A DNA stretch of 57,971 nt from NCBI GenBank assembly GCA_919901925.1, contig CAKKQA010000033.1, positions 1 through 57,971 on the forward strand. Reading direction: 5' to 3'. Source of the DNA: Omnitrophica bacterium GWA2_41_15. GTDB lineage: Bacteria > Omnitrophota > Gorgyraeia > Gygaellales > UBA12090. Under the pieces are notes generated by a model. The model worked only from the letters and a program-made list of their open reading frames with translations, was not told the DNA's origin and searched no databases. Both the position numbers and the translations under genes were made by a program. This document shows positions 8,072 to 15,599 of the stretch, in pieces (the first letter of the stretch is position 1; each line of letters begins with the position of its first letter).

Positions 8072-8638
8072 CTACTTAATTGTCAAAAAGTTTTTTAATA
8101 TCGCCTTCCCTTCCTTTGTCAATATCGACTCCGGATGAAACTGCACGCCATAAACCTGATAATCTTTATGCCTCAACCCCATAATTTCTTTATCTTTGGT
8201 CCAGGCGGTTATCTCTAAGCAATCCGGAAAAGCAGTCCGGGCAACAAGCAATGAATGATACCGTGTGGCTTCAAATGGGTTAGGAATATTCTTGAAAATT
8301 CTTTTACGGTTATGGAAAATCCGCGAAGTCTTCCCATGCATAAGATTTTTTGCTAAAATGATTTTCCCGCCATAAACTTCTCCTATACACTGATGGCCAA
8401 GGCACACCCCCAATATGGGAACCTTTCCCGCGAAATTGCGGATAACTTCCTTAGATATCCCTGCGTCATCAGGCCTGCCCGGCCCCGGAGAAATGACTAT
8501 TTTCTTAGGGTGTATTTTTTTTATCCCCTCAATGGAAATCTTATCATTGCGGAAGACTTTCAAATCCGCATCCAACTCACCCAGATACTGGACGATATTA
8601 TAGGTAAAAGAATCGTAGTTATCGATTATTAAAATCAT
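8072..8638 (-). CDS. trpG: Anthranilate/aminodeoxychorismate synthase component II (glutamine amidotransferase)
   Basis: MILIIDNYDSFTYN start, catalytic VCLGHQ, FHPES. The tracked ORF extends to 8707, but that extension is read through a palindrome. ATG at 8636-8638 has a GAGAGG upstream. Confidence 0.88.
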   Translation of the reverse strand: MILIIDNYDSFTYNIVQYLGELDADLKVFRNDKISIEGIKKIHPKKIVISPGPGRPDDAGISKEVIRNFAGKVPILGVCLGHQCIGEVYGGKIILAKNLMHGKTSRIFHNRKRIFKNIPNPFEATRYHSLLVARTAFPDCLEITAWTKDKEIMGLRHKDYQVYGVQFHPESILTKEGKAILKNFLTIK

Positions 8639-8653
8639 ATCAAACCTCTCTGC

Positions 8654-8679
8654 GGGGGACGGCCGCGACCGTCCCCTAC
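8654..8679. repeat. Family B palindrome variant
   Basis: GGGGGACGGCCGCGACCGTCCCCTAC. The CTA at 8676-8678 is the murA TAG stop. Confidence 0.85.
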
Positions 8680-9947
8680 TCCCGCTCTCTCCAAATCCTT
8701 GCCCCAAGGAGCTTTAATTTCACTTCCAGCTTTTCATATCCGCGGTCAAGGTGGTAAATACGCCGGACATCTGTGCGGCCCTTGGCTGCTAACCCTGCTA
8801 ATACTAAACCCGCTGAAGCGCGTAAATCCGATGCCATAACCGGCGCTCCGGAAAAGAATTTCTTGCCCTCAATTATCGCGTGAGGCCCCTCGCGCATAAT
8901 ATTAGCGCCCATACGGTTAAGTTCTGCCACATGCATAAACCTATCCGGATAAATCTTCTCGGTAATCACGCTTACGCCTTGAGTGACACTCAACAGCGAC
9001 ATTATCTGCGCCTGCATATCTGTCGGAAAACACGGATAAGGAAGCGTGGTAATATTCACGGGTTTTAATTTATTTTCGGTTTTAACCTTAAGGCCGGCTT
9101 CGGTATCTTTAACCTTAACACCCATCTGGGCAAGCTTATCAATCAAAGCCCCGAGGTGGCTCTTAAGCGCGCCCTTTATCAAGACATCGCCCCGGGTTAT
9201 GGCGCTGGCTAATATTAATGTGCCGGCTTCTATGCGGTCGGGAATAATGGAATACTCTGCCCCGCGTAAATGTTTTACTCCTTCAATTTCAATGCAGGGC
9301 GTGCCCTGGCCTTTTATCTTAGCGCCCATTTTATTCAGGAAATCCGCCAAGTCAACGACTTCAGGCTCACAGGCAGCGGACTCAATTATCGTCTTCCCTT
9401 CCGCGAGTACCGCCGCCATCATCACATTGCCGGTTGCCAAAACTGATGAGCCATAATCGCCGCCTAAAAACATGCTCTTCCCGCGAAGCCTACGGCTCGT
9501 TGCCACAACATATCCTGCCTGAATATCAATGTCAACGCCTAAATTCTTAATCCCCTTTAAGTGCAAATCAACGGGCCTGGCGCCGATTACACAGCCGCCG
9601 GGCAAGGAAACCTTGGCTTTTTTAAAGCGGCCCAAAAGGGGGCCGAGCACGCAAAAAGAGGCACGCATCGTCGAGACCAGCTTATAATCCGCGGTGTGAT
9701 TCCTGACATTTTTCGCGTTAATGCTTAATACCCCGTCTTCAAGTTCTGCATGCGCGCCTAAAGAACGAAGGATCTTAACCATCGTAATGACGTCCTTCAA
9801 ATCCGGGACATTGCTGATTTTACACGCTGACTCTGTCAAAAGGCAGGCAGCCATAATCGGCAGCACTGAATTTTTCGCTCCGCTTACCATAACCGTTCCT
9901 TTTAAAGGAACTCCGCCTTCTATCACGAGCTTATCTAGTGGAATCAT
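8676..9947 (-). CDS. murA: UDP-N-acetylglucosamine 1-carboxyvinyltransferase
   Basis: LPGGCVIGARPVDLH active-site Cys motif. A start at 9947 (MIPLDKLVIEGG) is preferred over 9962, which lies inside repeat A4. Confidence 0.93.
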   Translation of the reverse strand: MIPLDKLVIEGGVPLKGTVMVSGAKNSVLPIMAACLLTESACKISNVPDLKDVITMVKILRSLGAHAELEDGVLSINAKNVRNHTADYKLVSTMRASFCVLGPLLGRFKKAKVSLPGGCVIGARPVDLHLKGIKNLGVDIDIQAGYVVATSRRLRGKSMFLGGDYGSSVLATGNVMMAAVLAEGKTIIESAACEPEVVDLADFLNKMGAKIKGQGTPCIEIEGVKHLRGAEYSIIPDRIEAGTLILASAITRGDVLIKGALKSHLGALIDKLAQMGVKVKDTEAGLKVKTENKLKPVNITTLPYPCFPTDMQAQIMSLLSVTQGVSVITEKIYPDRFMHVAELNRMGANIMREGPHAIIEGKKFFSGAPVMASDLRASAGLVLAGLAAKGRTDVRRIYHLDRGYEKLEVKLKLLGARIWRERE

Positions 9948-9957
9948 AAAAATTATC

Positions 9958-10063
9958 GTCATTGCGAGGAGCTATAGCTGGCACATGGCGACGAAGCAAT
10001 CTCGCATCTAAAAACGAGATTGCTTCGTCACAGATATACCAAGCGAGGGTTCCTCGCAATGAC
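9958..10063. repeat. Family A element (A4)
   Basis: GTCATTGCGAGGAGCTATAGCTGGCACATGGCGACGAAGCAATCTCGCATCTAAAAACGAGATTGCTTCGTCACAGATATACCAAGCGAGGGTTCCTCGCAATGAC. Confidence 0.92.
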
Positions 10064-10066
10064 AGA

Positions 10067-10864
10067 TTATCTAGTTTCTTTTATTAACCTCGCTACTATT
10101 ACCCGCTCTATATCGTTATAATCTTTAACCGCATCAACTATGTCGAACCAGCCTGTTGCGGCGAAAATATGTTTAATTTTTTTACTTTGCCCAAAACCGA
10201 TTTCAAATAAAATGAAGCCGCCTTTTTTTAAAAATTCTTTTCCCCTGTTTATAATCCCGCGGTAAAAATCCAAGCCGTCATTTCCGCCGTCTAAAGCGAT
10301 GGCCGGCTCATGCTTCACATCCCTCGGCAAGCTATCCATATCGCCACTTACGATATAAGGCGGGTTAGAAACAATTAAATCATATTCCTTGAAGCTTATA
10401 TTATCAAATAAATCACTTCGGACAAAATCAATTTTATTATCAACCTCATTTATTTTAGCATTTTCTCTAGCTAAATCAAGCGCGCCGCCGGATATATCGC
10501 TTGCTGTGATCTGGGCCCGCGGCAAGGACTTAGCCAACGCAATAGCTATTGCCCCCGAACCTGTCCCGATATCAAGAACCATTACCTTATCACTTAACCC
10601 TTGACCCTTAACCCTTTCTATTGTCTTCTCGACTAAAATTTCCGTCTCCGGCCTAGGGATAAAGGCTCTTTCATCGACCTTAAACCTCAATCCGAAAAAT
10701 TCAGTTTCCCCGATAATATATTGTAAGGGAAAACCCTCGAGCCGTTTAGTTTTCTTATCGATAAAATCAGAAGATTGCTCCGGGCTCAACGGAAAACGAT
10801 CAAGATACAAATCGCTTCTTTCACAGTTTAATATTGAGGTCCGCAATATTTCGTCTTCTGTCAT
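10067..10864 (-). CDS. prmC: Release-factor glutamine N5-methyltransferase
   Basis: DIGTGSGAI SAM motif and NPPY. 4-nt overlap with the prfA stop. Confidence 0.9.
   Translation of the reverse strand: MTEDEILRTSILNCERSDLYLDRFPLSPEQSSDFIDKKTKRLEGFPLQYIIGETEFFGLRFKVDERAFIPRPETEILVEKTIERVKGQGLSDKVMVLDIGTGSGAIAIALAKSLPRAQITASDISGGALDLARENAKINEVDNKIDFVRSDLFDNISFKEYDLIVSNPPYIVSGDMDSLPRDVKHEPAIALDGGNDGLDFYRGIINRGKEFLKKGGFILFEIGFGQSKKIKHIFAATGWFDIVDAVKDYNDIERVIVARLIKETR
10593..10616. repeat. Family D units inside prmC
   Basis: CTTAACCCTTGACCCTTAACCCTT, read as ...RVKGQGLS... Confidence 0.7.
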
Positions 10865-11925
10865 TTAGCGCTCTTCCTTTTTGCTTCTTCGGCAAGCAGG
10901 GCGTCAACGAACTCATCTATCCCGCCTTCCATGACCGCTTCCAATTGATGCACAGTTACTCCCACGCGATGGTCGGTAACCCTGCGGTCAGGAAAATTAT
11001 ACGTCCTTATTTTCTCGCTGCGGTCGCCGGTGCCTATCTGGCTTTTTCGTTCCTGCGACATCTTCGCCAATTCCTCTTGCTGCATCTTATCCAATATGCG
11101 CGTCCTTAAAACACGCAAGGCCTTGCTTTTGTTTTTTAACTGGGAGCGCTCATCTTGACAGGTAACCACTGTCCCTGTCGGCAAGTGGGTAATCCTTACC
11201 GCGGAATCAGTTGTGTTAACCGATTGTCCTCCGGGGCCGGACGAACGAAAGACATCTATCTTGATCTCTTTAGGGTCAATTACAACATCCACTTCCTGGG
11301 CTTCTCTCATCACAGCCACTGTCGCGGTAGAAGTGTGTATCCTGCCGGAGGCCTCTGTAACAGGCACGCGCTGGACGCGGTGGACGCCGGATTCAAATTT
11401 AAGCCGCTTGTAAGCCTGCGGGCCCCTGACAGAGAATATAGCTTCTTTAAACCCGCCTGCTTCCGTCGAATGCGACTGAATAGCCTCTACCTGCCAATTA
11501 TGGTTCGCGGCATACTTTGTATACATACGGAACAAATCGCCGGCAAAAATACTGGCCTCGTCACCGCCTGTGCCTGCCCTGATTTCGATAATAACATCCC
11601 TATTCTCATCCTTGTCTTCTTCCCTTAAAAGCTCCTCTAACTCTTTTTCTAAAGAAGCTATTTTTGTCTTTAAACGCGGGATCTCTTCCTTGGATAAAGC
11701 AAGCAGGTCGGAATCGGCATCCTTACTCTTGCTTAAATGCTCCAATTCAGCCAATTCCCGGGACAAAGCCTTAAATTCACGGTATTTTTTAACCGGCTCT
11801 CCTATATCAGAAAATTCCTTGGCTAACTTCTGATATTCGCCCTTATCGGAAATAAGTTTAGGGTCAGCCAGCATCTGTTCCAGTTCGGCATAGCGAACCT
11901 CTAATTGATTCAATTTATCTATCAT
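10861..11925 (-). CDS. prfA: Peptide chain release factor 1
   Basis: PVT tripeptide (RVPVTE) and SGPGGQSVN (GGQ) motifs. Confidence 0.96.
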   Translation of the reverse strand: MIDKLNQLEVRYAELEQMLADPKLISDKGEYQKLAKEFSDIGEPVKKYREFKALSRELAELEHLSKSKDADSDLLALSKEEIPRLKTKIASLEKELEELLREEDKDENRDVIIEIRAGTGGDEASIFAGDLFRMYTKYAANHNWQVEAIQSHSTEAGGFKEAIFSVRGPQAYKRLKFESGVHRVQRVPVTEASGRIHTSTATVAVMREAQEVDVVIDPKEIKIDVFRSSGPGGQSVNTTDSAVRITHLPTGTVVTCQDERSQLKNKSKALRVLRTRILDKMQQEELAKMSQERKSQIGTGDRSEKIRTYNFPDRRVTDHRVGVTVHQLEAVMEGGIDEFVDALLAEEAKRKSAK

Positions 11926-11927
11926 CT

Positions 11928-11950
11928 TATCTGTGCCTATCTGTGTTTAT
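11928..11950 (-). promoter_or_regulatory. Family E motif filling the rpmE-prfA spacer
   Basis: mRNA sense: TAA-ACACAGATAGGCACAGATAAG-ATG. No Shine-Dalgarno sequence. Confidence 0.7.
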
Positions 11951-12144
11951 TTTTTATACTTCTTCATATACTTATCCACCCTACCCGCTGAATCAATTAA
12001 TTTTGATTTACCGGTATAAAACGGATGGCACTTAGAACAAATCTCCACGCGGATACTCGGCTTGGTCGAGCGGGTATGAATAACCTCTCCACAGGCGCAG
12101 ATTACCGTCGTGTCTTGATATTTCGGGTGAATTTTATCTTTCAT
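11947..12144 (-). CDS. rpmE: 50S ribosomal protein L31
   Basis: 65 aa; MKDKIHPKY start, CxC...[10 protein letters not shown] zinc motif. Confidence 0.93.
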   Translation of the reverse strand: MKDKIHPKYQDTTVICACGEVIHTRSTKPSIRVEICSKCHPFYTGKSKLIDSAGRVDKYMKKYKK

Positions 12145-12156
12145 GTTATCCTCCTA

Positions 12157-13413
12157 TTAATGGTTCATGCTGCCTAAAAACTCAACATTTGACTTTGTCT
12201 TAGACAGCTTTTCAATTAAAAGCTCCATTGCCTCCACATTGTTCATTTCATTCAACACCTTGCGCAATATCCAGACTTTATTCAAATCATCCGGTTTAAG
12301 CAATAATTCTTCATGGCGGGTATTAGACCGCTTAATATCAATCGCCGGGTATATCCTTCTTTGAAACAAATTACGGTCAAGCTGGATTTCCATGTTGCCT
12401 GTTCCCTTGAACTCTTCAAAAATAACCTCATCCATCCTGCTTCCGGTATCTATCAACGCTGTCGCGATAATCGTCAAGCTCCCGCCTTCCTCTACCGCTC
12501 TTGCCGCGCCGAAAAATCTCTTTGGCTTTTGCAGGGCGTTAGCATCGACACCGCCGGAGAGGATCTTTCCGCTATGCGGCACAACAGCGTTATAGGCCCT
12601 GGCAAGGCGCGTAATACTATCCAACAATACTACCACATCCCGCTTATGTTCTACAAGGCGTTTTGCTTTTTCCAAAACTATTTCAGCTACCTGCACGTGG
12701 CGTTCCGGAGGCTCATCGAAAGTCGAAGAAATGACTTCGCCTTTTACACTACGCTGCATCTCGGTAACTTCTTCCGGGCGCTCATCGATTAAAAGCACTA
12801 TCAAATTCACATCAGGCGCGCCGTGCACAATCGCGTTAGCAATCTTCTGCAAAAGCACGGTCTTTCCGCTATAAGGCTGGGCAACGATCATCCCGCGCTG
12901 GCCTTTGCCTATCGGAGTGAGAAGGTCCATAATGCGCATCGATATATCGTTTGTCCCGCCTTCAAGAGGAAAACGCTCGTGCGGATAAACTGGAGTCAAG
13001 TTATCAAATAATGTCTTTTCTTTTATTTCTTCGGGATTCTCAAAGTTGACCGCTTCCACCTTTAAAAGGGCGAAGTATTTCTCGCCTTCTTTAGGCGGGC
13101 GGATCTGGCCGCTCACCGTATCGCCGGTGCGTAAATCAAACTTGCGTATCTGCGAAGGAGATATGTAGATATCGTCGGGGCAAGGCAGGTAATTATAATT
13201 CGGCGAACGCAAAAAACCAAAACCTTCCGGTAAAATTTCTAAGACCCCTTCGCCGAACATCAGCCCTTCCTTCTCCGCCTGCGCCTGCAGGATTTTAAAA
13301 ATCAGGTCCTGTTTCCTTAGGCCGCTGGCGCCGTTGACGTCAAGCCCCTTGGCTAATCTGTTTAACTCTGTAATCTTCATCTCCTTTAGATTTCCGATAT
13401 CTACTTTTTCCAT
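12157..13413 (-). CDS. rho: Transcription termination factor Rho
   Basis: 418 aa; N-terminal Rho_N and cold-shock-like RNA-binding region, Walker A AQPYSGKT, full-length colinearity. Confidence 0.96.
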   Translation of the reverse strand: MEKVDIGNLKEMKITELNRLAKGLDVNGASGLRKQDLIFKILQAQAEKEGLMFGEGVLEILPEGFGFLRSPNYNYLPCPDDIYISPSQIRKFDLRTGDTVSGQIRPPKEGEKYFALLKVEAVNFENPEEIKEKTLFDNLTPVYPHERFPLEGGTNDISMRIMDLLTPIGKGQRGMIVAQPYSGKTVLLQKIANAIVHGAPDVNLIVLLIDERPEEVTEMQRSVKGEVISSTFDEPPERHVQVAEIVLEKAKRLVEHKRDVVVLLDSITRLARAYNAVVPHSGKILSGGVDANALQKPKRFFGAARAVEEGGSLTIIATALIDTGSRMDEVIFEEFKGTGNMEIQLDRNLFQRRIYPAIDIKRSNTRHEELLLKPDDLNKVWILRKVLNEMNNVEAMELLIEKLSKTKSNVEFLGSMNH

Positions 13414-13931
13414 TATTTTTTAAACTCCTCCCATATTTGTTTTACCTGTTTTCTTGTCCGGTTTAAAGAACCGTCATTATCAATGATAAAATCCGCCGAC
13501 TCTTTTTTCTTCCTTAAAGGCATCTGCTGTTTTAACCTTTTTACCACAGCGCGTTTTGATATCCCTAAAGACAGGGATGCCCGTTCTATCTGACTCTTTC
13601 TGGAACAGGCCACAACTACCAAACGCTCGCATTTTTTATGTAAACCGCATTCAATAAGAAGCGGGGCATCGATGATAATTACCTTCCTATTTTTATTCCT
13701 TTTTATATCCGAGGCGATTTCCTTTTTTACTAAAGGATGTATCCAAGCGCAGAGTTCTTTTAGCGCCGATTCATCATCAAAAACTTTCTCTCCTAATTTC
13801 ATGCGCGAACGTTTATTTAAAAGCCGGTGCACTATTTTATCGGCGTCAATAACATGCGCGCCCAAGAGGCGAAACATCTTCGCCACTGTAGTTTTGCCTG
13901 TGCCTATGCTTCCTGTCAAGCCTATAATCAT
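13413..13931 (-). CDS. coaE: Dephospho-CoA kinase
   Basis: [13 protein letters not shown]-loop at the N-terminus, 172 aa. Confidence 0.88.
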   Translation of the reverse strand: MIIGLTGSIGTGKTTVAKMFRLLGAHVIDADKIVHRLLNKRSRMKLGEKVFDDESALKELCAWIHPLVKKEIASDIKRNKNRKVIIIDAPLLIECGLHKKCERLVVVACSRKSQIERASLSLGISKRAVVKRLKQQMPLRKKKESADFIIDNDGSLNRTRKQVKQIWEEFKK

Positions 13932-13946
13932 GCCTACTGCCCTTGT

Positions 13947-14065
13947 TTAGGGTTAAGTGATAAGGGTTAAGCGGTAAGGAAAAGAAAAAACTATTTTTCT
14001 GTTTTTTTATTCTTTTTTCTTAACCCTTAACCCTTACCACTTAACCCTTTATCCTTACCCCTTAC
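13947..14065. repeat. Family D hairpin built from GGGTTAAG / CTTAACCC-type units (D1)
   Basis: TTAGGGTTAAGTGATAAGGGTTAAGCGGTAAGG - AT-rich loop - CTTAACCCTTAACCCTTACCACTTAACCCTTTATCCTTACCCCTTAC. Confidence 0.88.
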
Positions 14066-15446
14066 TTGTCAAATTCTTATACAGTTCCACGTATTTTTTC
14101 GCCGATTCTTCCCACGAAAAATCATAGGTAAAAGCCTTTTTGACTAACTTTTCCCATTTAACTTTATCGCCGTAAGCCGAAAGCGCTTCTTTCGCTGAAT
14201 CGATAAAAGCCGGGACACTATATTTCTCGAACACAAATCCATTTTCCTTAGATATGGTATCGGCAAGGCCGCCGGTCTTAAATACCAAAGGTAGCGCGCC
14301 GTATTTTAAAGCAATCATCTGGCCTAAGCCACAAGGTTCATAACGCGAAGGCATCAAGAATATATCGGACGCGGCATAAATCTTATGCGCCAGAGAATCA
14401 TCAAATTTGAGGTTTACGCTTATGTTATGTGGGTATCTCTTAGCCATCTGTTCCAGAAGATTATGGTATTTAACATCCCCAGTGCCTAAAAACACCATCT
14501 GTATATGGCCTATCTTTATTAAATCCTCCATACTAGACGATATCAAATCCATGCCTTTCTGATCGGCAAGGCGGCTGACCATCCCAAATAAAGGAGCGTC
14601 ATTAACCGATAGGCCGCAATCCTTCTGCAGTTGGGCTTTATTCTGGTATTTATCTTTCCAGGTCTCCGGAGAAAAATTTTTATAAATCAGCTTGTCTTTT
14701 TTAGGGTCCCAGGCATCATAATCCAACCCGTTGATTATGCCGGAAAGGTCATTTTTGCGCCCGCTCAATACACCCTCAAGGCCGCAGCCGAATTCCTTGC
14801 CCTGAATTTCCATAGCATAAGTTTCGCTTACCGTGTTTATAAGTTCGCTTGCTATAATCCCGCCCTTAAGTATATTTATCTTATTATAAAATTCCAATCC
14901 GTCGACGCTGAACAACTCATCATCCAACCCCAGCTTCGGATATTCCTCTTTTAGAAATAACCCCTGATAAGCCAGGTTATGGATAGTCAGCAAAATCCTG
15001 ATTTTATTGTAAAAATTATCCTTGCGGTAAATATTTTTCAAATATATTGCCGCAAGCGCCGACTGCCAGTCATGCAAATGTAAAACGTCGGGAGAATAAT
15101 TTATTTCCTTAAGCAACTCCAGGCTCCTGCGGCTGTAAAAGGAAAACCGCTGGAGGTTATCCGGATAATCCCCGTTTTTATCGCCGTAAAGCCCGTCACG
15201 GCCAAAATATTTATCATTCTTAATAAAATATACGGCGATATTGTTTCCGATTTTTCCCGCGTCCACATCTTTCGCGATAGCTGTAACTTTTAATTTTTGA
15301 TTATTAACTATTTTATACTTAGGCATTGTGATTCTGACTTCATGGCCTAACTTTTCTAATGCCAGCGGTAATGCTCCCACTACATCTGCCAGGCCCCCGG
15401 TCTTGGCAAACGGGACCACCTCGCTTGAACACATCAGTATTTTCAT
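14055..15446 (-). CDS. glgA: Glycogen synthase (GT5)
   Basis: KTGGLADVVGALP motif, 463 aa. The last codons (SKG-stop) are read from a repeat arm of array D1. Confidence 0.93.
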   Translation of the reverse strand: MKILMCSSEVVPFAKTGGLADVVGALPLALEKLGHEVRITMPKYKIVNNQKLKVTAIAKDVDAGKIGNNIAVYFIKNDKYFGRDGLYGDKNGDYPDNLQRFSFYSRRSLELLKEINYSPDVLHLHDWQSALAAIYLKNIYRKDNFYNKIRILLTIHNLAYQGLFLKEEYPKLGLDDELFSVDGLEFYNKINILKGGIIASELINTVSETYAMEIQGKEFGCGLEGVLSGRKNDLSGIINGLDYDAWDPKKDKLIYKNFSPETWKDKYQNKAQLQKDCGLSVNDAPLFGMVSRLADQKGMDLISSSMEDLIKIGHIQMVFLGTGDVKYHNLLEQMAKRYPHNISVNLKFDDSLAHKIYAASDIFLMPSRYEPCGLGQMIALKYGALPLVFKTGGLADTISKENGFVFEKYSVPAFIDSAKEALSAYGDKVKWEKLVKKAFTYDFSWEESAKKYVELYKNLTSKG

Positions 15447-15466
15447 TCAATTTCTCCAATTATGTT

Positions 15467-15570
15467 GTCATTGCGAGGAGCTATCGTTTGTACTGGCGAC
15501 GAAGCAATCTCGTTTTAAAAACGTGATTGCTTCGTCACAGATATGCCAAACAAGGGTTCCTCGCAATGAC
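15467..15570. repeat. Family A element (A5)
   Basis: Same consensus, with one mismatch in the inner stem (CGTGATT). Confidence 0.92.
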
Positions 15571-15599
15571 AGGCATAATTTAGTCAGCAACGATAATTC

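Noticed and set aside
8639-8707. N-terminal ORF extensions of trpG (to 8707), murA (9962), metF (30047), SpoIID-like (37825), scpA (40821), ispG (49571), cdsA (52877), GH57 (55278) and ruvB (40130)
   Set aside because: Each extension is read through a palindrome or repeat, or overlaps the upstream gene. Each conserved protein begins at an internal Met that aligns with the normal family N-terminus.
10861-11925. Programmed frameshift or in-frame stop in the release-factor gene
   Set aside because: The gene is RF1 (PVT motif), not RF2, and is a single uninterrupted frame.
13947-14065. TTAGGG-containing arrays as telomere-like repeats or a CRISPR array
   Set aside because: The units are 7-9 nt, far too short for CRISPR repeats, and there are no spacers. 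The two halves are mutually complementary, forming a hairpin. TTAGGG occurs only as part of the GGGTTAAG unit, in the middle of a circular-type gene neighbourhood.
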